Positions 24,749 through 33,294 of a DNA stretch of 33,294 bases are shown here, one piece after another. The DNA lies in the NCBI GenBank assembly GCA_964434925.1, contig CAYSXD010000002.1:1-33294 (forward strand), given 5' to 3'. The notes beneath the pieces are model-generated. The model did no database searches and was not told the DNA's origin. It worked only from the letters and a program-made list of their open reading frames with translations. Made by a program: the position numbers and the translations under genes. Position 1 is the stretch's first letter; each line of letters begins with the position of its first letter. This DNA comes from an uncultured Spirochaetaceae bacterium (GTDB lineage Bacteria > Spirochaetota > Spirochaetia > B11-G9).

Positions 24749-26293
24749 GTGCTTCCCCGAATAAAAACAGTAATTTTATTTCTCGTATTTGCTCTGGTTG
24801 TTTTTTTTATATTTGAAACTCTCTCTTATAAAATTATGTCAGGGACACAGCAGACTGGGCAGTGGAAGGGATACTATCAGCTTGTTTATGATGAAACGGT
24901 TTCATCTGAGTGGATTACCTCTTTGCTTACCCAAAATGGTTTTACCGGGTGTATCACTGAAGAAACCGAAAAAGTAACGGTTTTTGCTTTTGAAAAAAAT
25001 AAAGTCATACCTCTTACAGCAGTTCCCGACTATTTTGAAACAGGTGATCCTCTTTATGATTCCTATTTAAAAAAACTTGGCGGATATTTTAGAGGAACAA
25101 AAGGAAAAACCAAAATACATGTCCTTTACATTCCGGCAGAAAGGTCACCTTTAGTTACCTACATGTCCGTTAGAAAAGCTCTCATTCCGTTAAAGGGATC
25201 CTGGACATTAATTAATTTTCAGCCTTTACAGCAGTTATTTCTTGGAATACTCATTCTGGCTGCTCAAATAGTTCTTTTTATTCTTTCCGGCCGTAGTAAA
25301 CAACTTTTCTTGTTTTCTCTGTTACCTTGGTTCTTTCTTTATATTTTCGGAGGATTCCAGTATGCTGTTGTGTCTGTTGGATTTCAGTTCTTCTGGATAC
25401 TTCTGCTAAAAAAATTAATACCCCATGTGAATGTTTATCTTGATTTTCATCGGATTGACATACCGGTGAAACGTAATTTTTTAAAAAGCGTTGCTCTTTT
25501 TTTAATCGTATTCATGGGAACAGTATTTATTTTTCATGGTTCTCTTAATCTATTTGTTTTGTTTATTTCGTTATTTCTTCAGGTTATTGGCGCACTCATC
25601 AGTCTTGGTGTTGTTTATTTCAAACACAGATATCGGCTCCACAAACTCTTTTATCCGCTTTTGATTAAAGAAAAATGGAAATGTTTGAAGATGAACGAGG
25701 TGAGTGCAACAGGAATTCTTTTTATTATTTTACTTATTGCTCCCTTTTTTTACAGAATTCCCCTGATAGGTCAGAATATTACCCTAGCAGTACCCCATAG
25801 AATTCCTCATACGGGAGAGTTGTCATTTAAAAATTTAAAAATGCTTTATACGCTTAAGCAAAATGATACTCTCCCGGATTTGAGTGATTTTCTCTGTCAT
25901 CGTGCCTATATTGAAGGTTATCCATATGGCCGACCGTATACATTTCCCGCGGAAGGATCTTCTTTATCACTTTTTACCTTTAAAAATGAAAATGGAATGG
26001 TAAGAAAAGAAAATAGTACGATAAAGTTATTTACAGATTCATGGTATAAAAGTATAATTGCGTCGATAGATAGCTCAAGTATACCGGCTCTTTTGTTGAA
26101 GCAGAGATTCCCGGTCGCAGTTGACTATGTTCATATTAATAGTCTAGCTCAAAATGAGAGAAATCTAAAAAAATATTTTCTGTTTTATTTGTTTCTCCTG
26201 ATTCCTTTTTTGTTCTGGGTAGGGAGCGACTTATCTTTACCGAAAGGTGGAATAAAGCATTTATTTGTAAGGAGAAGGCGTCAAGTGGTATGA
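24749..26293 (+). CDS. polytopic membrane protein of unknown function, translationally coupled to rnfC
   Basis: 514 aa. By eye: an N-terminal TM helix, a soluble segment of about 130 aa, a cluster of about 5-6 TM helices, a soluble segment of about 130 aa, a C-terminal TM helix and an RRRR tail. GTG start. The stop overlaps the rnfC ATG (ATGA). Confidence 0.75.
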   Translation: MLPRIKTVILFLVFALVVFFIFETLSYKIMSGTQQTGQWKGYYQLVYDETVSSEWITSLLTQNGFTGCITEETEKVTVFAFEKNKVIPLTAVPDYFETGDPLYDSYLKKLGGYFRGTKGKTKIHVLYIPAERSPLVTYMSVRKALIPLKGSWTLINFQPLQQLFLGILILAAQIVLFILSGRSKQLFLFSLLPWFFLYIFGGFQYAVVSVGFQFFWILLLKKLIPHVNVYLDFHRIDIPVKRNFLKSVALFLIVFMGTVFIFHGSLNLFVLFISLFLQVIGALISLGVVYFKHRYRLHKLFYPLLIKEKWKCLKMNEVSATGILFIILLIAPFFYRIPLIGQNITLAVPHRIPHTGELSFKNLKMLYTLKQNDTLPDLSDFLCHRAYIEGYPYGRPYTFPAEGSSLSLFTFKNENGMVRKENSTIKLFTDSWYKSIIASIDSSSIPALLLKQRFPVAVDYVHINSLAQNERNLKKYFLFYLFLLIPFLFWVGSDLSLPKGGIKHLFVRRRRQVV

Positions 26294-27621
26294 AAGGATT
26301 AAAAACTTTTAGTAAGGGTGGAATTCATCCTCCCGGGAAAAAATATCTTACCAATGGAAAAGAGATTAAAAATGCCGTAATTCCGGCTGTTTCTATAGTT
26401 CCGTTTTCCCAGCATCTTGGATCTCCTGCCGAATGTATGGTAAAGGTTGGGGATACCGTGACGGAAGGTATGCTTATTGGTAAATCAACAGGTTTTATTT
26501 CGGGAAACATTCATTCTCCCGTACCTGGTACGGTAAAAGAGATCAAAGATATTTATCTTCCAAACGGTATGGTATCAAAAGCGGTGAGTATTGAGTTGGC
26601 TGGAGAATTTGAACGTTTGGGAAAGGAACAGAAGTCGAGAGACTGGTCTGCTCTGTCAAGTGAAGAATTGGCCAGGATAATAGCTGATAAGGGTGTTGTC
26701 GGCCTGGGAGGTGCTACCTTTCCGGCTAACGTTAAATTATCTATTCCAAAGGGTAAAAAGGCTGAATATTTTGTTGTTAACGGTGTTGAATGTGAACCCT
26801 ACCTTACGGCAGATCATCGGTTAATGCTTGAACGAGCGGATAAAATAATTGAGGGAATAAAAATTGTTTCCAGGATAGTAAATCCCGAAAAAATTGCCGT
26901 TGGCATCGAGATTAATAAACCCGATGCCATAAAATCAATGCGGATTGCCGCGGAGAAAGCCGGGATTTCTCTGGATGTTGTTCCGTTAATGGTCAAATAC
27001 CCCCAGGGGGATGAGAAACAGCTTCTTAAGGCTATTACTGGTAGGGAAGTCCCTTCTGGGGCTCTTCCGCTGGACATCGGTTGTGTAGTTTCCAATGTCG
27101 GTACGGTACACGCTATCTATGAAGCTGTTGTTTTTGAAAAACCTCTGATTGAACGTGTTCTTACCGTTACCGGTGGAGCAATAGCAAATCCTCAAAATTT
27201 AAAAGTTCGAATTGGTACGCCGATAAGCAGCCTGATTGAAGAATGCGGCGGGTTTAAGGAGGTCCCCGAGAAAGTTGTTGTCGGGGGGCCAATGATGGGA
27301 TTTGCTATTTACGATCTTGATACCCCGGTAACTAAAGGTACGTCAGGTATTCTGGCCCTTACTTCAAAAGAGGTACATGGTGCTGCACGAACTTCCTGTA
27401 TTTCCTGTGGCCGTTGTATACAAGCCTGCCCTATGGGACTGAATCCAACAACAATGTTTAAGCTTATTGATCATGGAGAATATGGTGATGCTTCCGTTTT
27501 GGGGCTTATGGACTGTAAAGAATGCGGAAGTTGTGGTTTTGTCTGTCCGGCACAGATACCTCTAACCCAGGGATTTCGCCTGGGGAAACGTATGTTACGA
27601 AAGAAGAAGGTTAAATCATGA
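26290..27621 (+). CDS. rnfC: Rnf electron-transport complex subunit C
   Basis: The N-terminus FSKGGIHPPGKK, an NADH/FMN-binding core (GLGGATFPANVK, VNGVECEPYLTAD) and two 4Fe-4S motifs CISCGRCIQACP and CKECGSCGFVCP. Confidence 0.95.
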   Translation: MKGLKTFSKGGIHPPGKKYLTNGKEIKNAVIPAVSIVPFSQHLGSPAECMVKVGDTVTEGMLIGKSTGFISGNIHSPVPGTVKEIKDIYLPNGMVSKAVSIELAGEFERLGKEQKSRDWSALSSEELARIIADKGVVGLGGATFPANVKLSIPKGKKAEYFVVNGVECEPYLTADHRLMLERADKIIEGIKIVSRIVNPEKIAVGIEINKPDAIKSMRIAAEKAGISLDVVPLMVKYPQGDEKQLLKAITGREVPSGALPLDIGCVVSNVGTVHAIYEAVVFEKPLIERVLTVTGGAIANPQNLKVRIGTPISSLIEECGGFKEVPEKVVVGGPMMGFAIYDLDTPVTKGTSGILALTSKEVHGAARTSCISCGRCIQACPMGLNPTTMFKLIDHGEYGDASVLGLMDCKECGSCGFVCPAQIPLTQGFRLGKRMLRKKKVKS

Positions 27622-28712
27622 GTGAAAAATTAAATCTTCTGGTGGAAAGTTCTCCCCAAATTCACCATTCGGATAATACCGCATCAATTATGTGGTCAGT
27701 GACTCTCTGTCTTCTTCCTGCAGGGGCATGGGGAGTATGGAGTTTCGGATCAAAAGCTCTGTTTGTTCTTGCTGTATCAGTTATTGCTGCAGTACTTTCA
27801 GAAGCTCTGATGGATTACGTTTTTAAAAAGAATACCCTTCTTGACGGAAGTGCTTTTTTAACCGGGCTGCTAATTGGTTATAATTTGCCTCCGGCAGTTC
27901 CCTTCTATATTCCGGTTACTGCCTCTGTTTTTGCTATCATGGTAGTAAAGTGGATATTCGGCGGATTGGGTGGGAATTTTATGAATCCTGCGCTCGCGGG
28001 AAGAATGTTTGTTTTCTTTTCATGGACCAGCCAGATGACAAAATGGACAATGCCTAAAATTCTTGTTTCCCCTGATACCATTTCAAGTGCTACGCCTTTA
28101 GGCATTTTGAAGACCGGTTTAATAGATTATACCGGATCAGCAAATGGTCCGGCACAGTTTCTTGTTCAGAGCGGATATCCTCATACGGCAATTGACAGCA
28201 GTGTTATACACTGGATAAATAATTTTTTTGGAACGCATCTTTCCAACGGGTATTTTGATCGGTTTATAGGTTTTATACCCGGGAGTATCGGTGAAATTTC
28301 GGCTTTTCTTCTTCTGGTCGGTACGATATATCTTTTTAAGAAGAAAATTATAACATGGGAAATACCGGTATCATATCTTGCGACGTTTGGCTTACTTGTA
28401 TGGATTTTTGGCGGAAAAAGATATGGACTTCCATTATTTTCCGGTGATGTTCTTTTTCACCTTTTTTCAGGAGGTCTTATACTTGGTGTTTTTTATATGG
28501 CTACGGATATGGTTACTTCTCCTTTAACAAGAAAGGGAATGAGTATTTTCGGTGTGGGAGCAGGTTTTTTAACCTTTCTTATTCGTTTTTACGGTTCTTA
28601 TCCGGAGGGAGTTGCGCTTTCAATTCTTCTTATGAATATTTCCGTTCCTCTTATTGACAAGTTTTCAAAATTCAAACGATTCGGTGTTATACGCGAGGGG
28701 GAGAACAGATAA
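27618..28712 (+). CDS. rnfD: Rnf complex subunit D
   Basis: NqrB/RnfD-type polytopic membrane protein with MATDMVTSPLT, the conserved flavinylation-region motif. ATGA overlap with rnfC. Confidence 0.95.
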   Translation: MSEKLNLLVESSPQIHHSDNTASIMWSVTLCLLPAGAWGVWSFGSKALFVLAVSVIAAVLSEALMDYVFKKNTLLDGSAFLTGLLIGYNLPPAVPFYIPVTASVFAIMVVKWIFGGLGGNFMNPALAGRMFVFFSWTSQMTKWTMPKILVSPDTISSATPLGILKTGLIDYTGSANGPAQFLVQSGYPHTAIDSSVIHWINNFFGTHLSNGYFDRFIGFIPGSIGEISAFLLLVGTIYLFKKKIITWEIPVSYLATFGLLVWIFGGKRYGLPLFSGDVLFHLFSGGLILGVFYMATDMVTSPLTRKGMSIFGVGAGFLTFLIRFYGSYPEGVALSILLMNISVPLIDKFSKFKRFGVIREGENR

Positions 28713-29270
28713 ATGACGGATATTGTAAAAATAGGCGGTAAACTTGCTGTTATTTGTGCTGTTGCTGCAATAGCACTGGGTATAGCAAACGCAATGACTG
28801 AGCCGAAGATTATTCAGATGAAAAAAGAAAAGCTGGCAGCAGCACTGGAAAAAGTCTCTGAAGGAATGAAGGTCGGAGATTATGTTGCGGTAAAAGATAC
28901 TCCCATTGTTACCGGATATTATCCTCTTTCAAATTCTGATAATAAAATTATGGGGTATATATGTAAACTGACCGGAATGGGGTATTCGGGAGACCTGAAA
29001 CTTATATCCGGAATATCATCAAAGGGTAAAATACTTTCAGTTATATTGCTGGAAGATATGGAAACTCCCGGTCTTGGGCAGGAGGCTGAAAAACAATCGT
29101 ACATGACGAAATATATCGGAACCGGTCAGGATAAACCGGTACCGGTAAGAAAAACCCAGTTGAGCCCCAAAGACGCGGACGCGGTAACCGGAGCAAGTAT
29201 TACTTTTATGGGTATAGGGAAAGCGCTTGCTGCCGGCTCTGAATATATAAAAAAACTTGGGGGCGAATAG
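28713..29270 (+). CDS. rnfG: Rnf complex subunit G (FMN-binding)
   Basis: N-terminal TM anchor and DAVTGASITF, an FMN-attachment motif of the (S/T)GA(S/T) type. 185 aa. Confidence 0.9.
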   Translation: MTDIVKIGGKLAVICAVAAIALGIANAMTEPKIIQMKKEKLAAALEKVSEGMKVGDYVAVKDTPIVTGYYPLSNSDNKIMGYICKLTGMGYSGDLKLISGISSKGKILSVILLEDMETPGLGQEAEKQSYMTKYIGTGQDKPVPVRKTQLSPKDADAVTGASITFMGIGKALAAGSEYIKKLGGE

Positions 29271-29893
29271 TGTTAAAAGAATTTACAAAAGGAATCTTTA
29301 AAGAGAATCCCATTTTTATTATTGTCCTCGGACTCTGCCCGGTGCTTGGAGTCTCGACAAGGGTAATAAACGCAATTGGTATGAGCGCGGGAGTACTTTT
29401 TGTTCTTCTGGGTTCAAATATATTTGTATCGTTACTTAAAGACTTTATACCGGATAAAATCCGCATTCCGTCATACATAGTTATTATTGCATCCTTTGTT
29501 ACAGTGGTGCAGATGGTAATGGAAGCTTTTGCTCCTGATCTTTATAAAAGTCTTGGAGTGTACGTTCCCCTAATTGTTGTAAACTGTATCATCCTTGGAC
29601 GCGCAGAAGCTTTTGCCAATAAAAATACCGTCCAAAATTCAATTCTTGATGCTCTTGGTATGGGAATTGGATTTGCGCTGGCATTACTCCTTATTTCTTT
29701 AATACGGGAAGTACTTGGTGCCGGGACAATTACCCTGTTTGCTATTGGTAATTTTTCCGGGGTAATTAGAATTCCTGTTCTTGCCGATGCACCCATCCGT
29801 GTTTTTGGTCTGGCTGCCGGAGCATTACTTGTAATAGGTTTTTTAAAGGCTTTTTTTACATGGTACTCTGATTACAAAGGGGCACGCTCATGA
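29270..29893 (+). CDS. rnfE: Rnf complex subunit E
   Basis: NqrD/RnfE-type: ENPIFIIVLGLCPVLGVS...VPLIVVNCIILGRAEAFA. GTG start overlaps the rnfG stop (TAGTG). Confidence 0.95.
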   Translation: MLKEFTKGIFKENPIFIIVLGLCPVLGVSTRVINAIGMSAGVLFVLLGSNIFVSLLKDFIPDKIRIPSYIVIIASFVTVVQMVMEAFAPDLYKSLGVYVPLIVVNCIILGRAEAFANKNTVQNSILDALGMGIGFALALLLISLIREVLGAGTITLFAIGNFSGVIRIPVLADAPIRVFGLAAGALLVIGFLKAFFTWYSDYKGARS

Positions 29894-30480
29894 CGTATAT
29901 TGGCATAATTATAACTTTTGTCTTTATTAATAACTTTATTCTTAATCAGTTTCTAGGTCTCTGCCCTTTTATAGGAGTTTCCAAGAATATTGAATCGGCA
30001 GTGGGCATGGGGTTTGCAGTGACATTTGTCATGGCTCTTGCTTCACTGGCTACCTGGATTATCTATACGTTGATTCTTGTACCGCTCAATATTACCTTTC
30101 TTCAGACTATTACTTTTATTCTTGTTATTGCCGGATTGGTACAGTTTGTTGAGATGGTTATTCAAAAAATATCACCTGCATTATACAAAGCTCTGGGAAT
30201 TTTTCTTCCGTTAATTACAACAAACTGCGCCGTTCTTGGTATTGCCTTAATTAATGTACAGTATAAATATAACGCCCTTCAAAGTTTTGTAGCCGGGTTT
30301 GCAGCAGGTCTGGGATTTTTACTGGCAATTTTACTTATGTCAGCTATAAGAACAAAGCTTGACATTGAATGGATTCCCAAGCCGTTTCGGGGTATTCCTG
30401 TTGCTTTTATAACAGGGGGACTGATGGCTCTCGCATTTATGGCTTTTGATAAAGTATTACTTATGAATTTAATCGGTTAA
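29890..30480 (+). CDS. rnfA: Rnf complex subunit A
   Basis: NqrE/RnfA-type: NNFILNQFLGLCPFIGVS...LPLITTNCAVLGIAL. ATGA overlap with rnfE. Confidence 0.95.
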   Translation: MTYIGIIITFVFINNFILNQFLGLCPFIGVSKNIESAVGMGFAVTFVMALASLATWIIYTLILVPLNITFLQTITFILVIAGLVQFVEMVIQKISPALYKALGIFLPLITTNCAVLGIALINVQYKYNALQSFVAGFAAGLGFLLAILLMSAIRTKLDIEWIPKPFRGIPVAFITGGLMALAFMAFDKVLLMNLIG

Positions 30481-30496
30481 TAGAGGGGTCAGAGGG

Positions 30497-31354
30497 ATGA
30501 TATTGAAAATTTTGTATGCTTTTCTGTCTGTTACTATTCTCGGAGGACTGCTTGGGGTGGGGCTTGCTTTTGCGGCCAAACTACTGGCTGTTAAAAAAGA
30601 TGAAAGAGTGGAATTTGTAGAAGCTGTATTACCGGGGATTAATTGTGGTGCCTGCGGTTTCCCGGGATGTTCCGGATATGCGTCAGGTATAGTAAAAGAA
30701 GAAGCTTTATTAACACTCTGCAGCCCCGGTGGAGCTGAAGTAGCAAAAAAGATTGCTGAAATTATGGGACAGACAGTGGAAGTCCCGACAGAGAAGCTTG
30801 TTGCACAGGTTCACTGCCGTGGTACGCGGGATACCTCAAAGTCCGCTTTCAATTACAAAGGAATAGCTGATTGTAATGCCATGATGATTCTCTATTCGGG
30901 GGATAAGGAATGTAAATTCGGGTGTCTTCAGGGTGGAAGCTGTATCGCTGTATGCCCTGTGGATGCGATAGGAAGAGATGATCTGAACAGAATTTGGGTT
31001 GAAAAGGATATGTGTATAAGTTGTGGCAAGTGTATCGATGTTTGTCCGACACATGTAATGAAGTGGGTTCCCTATGATGCGGATTATATTGTAGCGTGTA
31101 ATTCTCAGGATAAAGGCGCGTTGGTAAGAAAGTACTGTTCAGTAGGTTGTATAGGGTGTAAAATATGTGAAAAGAAATCGGGTGAGGGTGGTTTTATTGT
31201 TGAAAATTTCCTTGCACGTATTGATTTTTCAAAAAAAGGAGACAGAACTGCAGCAGTAATCAGTTGTCCAACTAAAAGTATTATTTCAACTGCAACAGCT
31301 GCTCCTGAAGTACAACAATTAAAGGAAACTGTAGAAGTTAATGACAAAACATAA
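30497..31354 (+). CDS. rnfB: Rnf complex subunit B (polyferredoxin)
   Basis: N-terminal TM helix, CGACGFPGCSGYA cluster motif, then several CxxCxxCxxxCP ferredoxin motifs (CISCGKCIDVCP, CIGCKICEKK). Confidence 0.9.
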   Translation: MILKILYAFLSVTILGGLLGVGLAFAAKLLAVKKDERVEFVEAVLPGINCGACGFPGCSGYASGIVKEEALLTLCSPGGAEVAKKIAEIMGQTVEVPTEKLVAQVHCRGTRDTSKSAFNYKGIADCNAMMILYSGDKECKFGCLQGGSCIAVCPVDAIGRDDLNRIWVEKDMCISCGKCIDVCPTHVMKWVPYDADYIVACNSQDKGALVRKYCSVGCIGCKICEKKSGEGGFIVENFLARIDFSKKGDRTAAVISCPTKSIISTATAAPEVQQLKETVEVNDKT

Positions 31355-33278
31355 ACTAATCATTGGTACCTATAACAGTGTTTCACCGGACTGTAACAAT
31401 GATCAGTTGGAAAAAAAGTATCAAAACTCATACAAACCTCTGTTAAAAATTTTGTATGAGTTTCCCAGGATCAAGGCTTCTCTTCACTATTCAGGTATAC
31501 TTCTTGAATGGCTTGATGAATATCATCCGGAAATCTTTAGTATTATTAATGAAATGATTAAGCGCCGGCAGGTTGAGCTTATAGGGGGGGGGTTTTATGA
31601 TCCAATTTTTTCTCTTATCCCCGGGAAAGATCGTCTTACTCAAATAGAGCTTCTCACAACCTATATTAGAAGGAAATTTGGCCGTAGGCCAAGAGGTTTC
31701 TGGCTTACCGAACAGGTATGGGAACAACATATATGTTCAAGTATTAAAAGCAGCGGAATGAATTATATTTTTCTGGATGAGAACCAGTTTAAACGCGCCG
31801 GAATTGAGGGGCCTGAGTTATATAAACCGTGTTATACGGAAGATCAGGGCAAAATACTCACTGTCATCCCAATACATACTTCTCTGACAGATACAGGGAT
31901 GGGGATGAAAGCCGCCGGTTTTCTTGAATTACTTTCCACTATTAAAATACCGGAAGAAGGAGTGTATTCACTGATATTTGAAGGTGAAAAAATCCTCTCC
32001 CCAAAAGATATCGAATGGTTTAAAGATTTATTTTCAATTCTCACCACTTCATCAAATGCTGCTTTCAGTTTTGAGCGGTCTGGTGATTATGTACGATCTC
32101 TATCAACATTAAAGAAATTATATTTTCCAGCATCTTCCGGCTGTAATGTTGAATATTTAGCAATGAGCACACAAAAACAGAAGAAGTGGAATAAAAATAA
32201 AAAATTCAATCAAAAAAATGATCAGTTTTGTTATCCGGCAGGCTATTTCCGGCAATTTCTTTCAAAATATGAAGAAAGTAATCTTCTCTATTCGCGTATG
32301 CTGTATACCCATGATAATGTATCCCAGATACGAAAAGATAAATCAAGGAAAAGAAGTGCCTCTGAAGAAATTTTCAAAAGCCAGTCACACTTTCCTTTCT
32401 GGCATGGGATACATCAGGGCTTCTATGATGCTCATCTAAGGCAACATGCCTACCAGTGCCTTATACGTGCTGAAAAAAACATTCGGGAAAAAGGTATTTT
32501 CTCCACACATCTGCATGCTGTTGATTTCGATATGGATGGTGAAGTAGAGTATATCTATCACGGTCAGTTCATTAACGGTTATGTACATCGAAAAGGAGCT
32601 CGTCTTTTTGAATTGGATTATATTATTTCACCATGGAATTATTTAAATACCATTCAAAGGTTACCGGAATATTATCATCTGGACGATATAGAAAAAGTAT
32701 ATACTGACAGTTATCCAAGAGATGCTTTTGTTGATCATTTTTTCGCGGAAAATGTTACGGAATTGGATTTTGAGCGGAATAACTACACTGAGCTTGGCGA
32801 TTTTATTTCAAAGCCTTTTAACGTAATGGAAATAGACAAAGAACATAAGGAGCTTGTGTTTGAACGGGAAGGCAGGGTTTTAGGTAAAACTATTTTATTA
32901 AAAAAACGATACAAATTCAGAAAAAATTTAATAGAAGTAAATTACCGTATCGAAAATAAAAGTAAAAACGTATTTCAATCGGTTTTTTCTACAGAAATAA
33001 ATTTATCCTTCAAGTATCCTGAAAGTATAAAATTGCCGGTTAGTAATAACGACATTCGGGAAACAGGGATACTGGATAAAGAAAATAAGGTTTTTATTAC
33101 CATACAATCCCTGGAAAAAATGAATTTATGGCAATTTCCCGTCTATTCACATACAAAAGGAGAAGAGGGCATTGAAAATAAATATCAGTTCCAATGTTTT
33201 TTATTTCACAGTAATATTTCTTTAAAAAATGAGGAAGTCTGGGAAAATACATTTACCATTAAACTTGAGAAAAAGTAA
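31341..33278 (+). CDS. glycoside hydrolase family 57 protein (amylase / alpha-glucan-active), divergent
   Basis: GH57-like blocks VELIGGGFYDPI, GFWLTEQVWE and FPFWHGIHQGFYDAHLR. 645 aa. ATG 31341 overlaps the rnfB 3' end by 14 nt. Confidence 0.85.
   Translation: MTKHKLIIGTYNSVSPDCNNDQLEKKYQNSYKPLLKILYEFPRIKASLHYSGILLEWLDEYHPEIFSIINEMIKRRQVELIGGGFYDPIFSLIPGKDRLTQIELLTTYIRRKFGRRPRGFWLTEQVWEQHICSSIKSSGMNYIFLDENQFKRAGIEGPELYKPCYTEDQGKILTVIPIHTSLTDTGMGMKAAGFLELLSTIKIPEEGVYSLIFEGEKILSPKDIEWFKDLFSILTTSSNAAFSFERSGDYVRSLSTLKKLYFPASSGCNVEYLAMSTQKQKKWNKNKKFNQKNDQFCYPAGYFRQFLSKYEESNLLYSRMLYTHDNVSQIRKDKSRKRSASEEIFKSQSHFPFWHGIHQGFYDAHLRQHAYQCLIRAEKNIREKGIFSTHLHAVDFDMDGEVEYIYHGQFINGYVHRKGARLFELDYIISPWNYLNTIQRLPEYYHLDDIEKVYTDSYPRDAFVDHFFAENVTELDFERNNYTELGDFISKPFNVMEIDKEHKELVFEREGRVLGKTILLKKRYKFRKNLIEVNYRIENKSKNVFQSVFSTEINLSFKYPESIKLPVSNNDIRETGILDKENKVFITIQSLEKMNLWQFPVYSHTKGEEGIENKYQFQCFLFHSNISLKNEEVWENTFTIKLEKK
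31584..31592 (+). repeat. G9 homopolymer inside the GH57 coding sequence
   Basis: ata-ggg-ggg-ggg-ttt encodes I-G-G-G-F. It is the longest G/C run I saw in this AT-rich window; the other G or C runs I noticed were 6 nt or shorter. Confidence 0.9.
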
Positions 33279-33294
33279 CGGCAATTGGTTAAGT

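Noticed and set aside
1-33294. Search for tRNA, rRNA, CRISPR repeats, IS or transposase genes, integrases, phage genes, toxin-antitoxin pairs and riboswitches
   Set aside because: None were seen. Every ORF longer than 150 aa is accounted for by a housekeeping or hypothetical gene. Intergenic gaps are under about 170 bp and show no cloverleaf-like or regularly spaced repeat structure by eye. A covariance-model scan (tRNAscan-SE/Infernal) would be the decisive check.

Overview
A visibly AT-rich, tightly packed chromosomal segment that looks spirochaetal. The signs are a FlaB-type core flagellin starting MIINHNMSA, coaD-rpmF-acpP-rnc synteny, a long type-2 IleRS and relaxed FSSC/FSGC lipoboxes. 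Almost all of it is housekeeping. On the + strand: an flhB-C-like fragment, an HD-GYP phosphodiesterase, coaD-rpmF-acpP-rnc, ileS-lipoprotein-hisH-hisF, an FmdB zinc ribbon, arsR-aroB, pcnB, and a co-directional block of unknown membrane protein-rnfCDGEAB-GH57. On the - strand: a HEAT-repeat protein and a lipoprotein, cca, flaB, nifS-thiI, hisS-hrpA-like helicase, a TPR protein and a P-loop/Asp23 fusion. I found no rRNA, tRNA, CRISPR array, transposase or phage genes, and every intergenic gap is shorter than about 170 bp. I did not find a convincing new multi-gene system. The observations most worth a second look are: (1) the nifS/nifZ-type cysteine desulfurase abutting thiI is broken by one in-frame TAA; (2) the flaB leader has two hairpins with GGA in the loop, one a near match to the CsrA consensus and one holding the SD, behind a sigma-28-like promoter; (3) an uncharacterised 514-aa polytopic membrane protein is translationally coupled to rnfC; (4) a divergent GH57 gene overlaps rnfB, seems to lack some canonical motifs and carries a G9 tract; (5) a P-loop NTPase is fused to an Asp23-like domain. 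All family calls come from reading motifs by eye and from memory. No searches were run.
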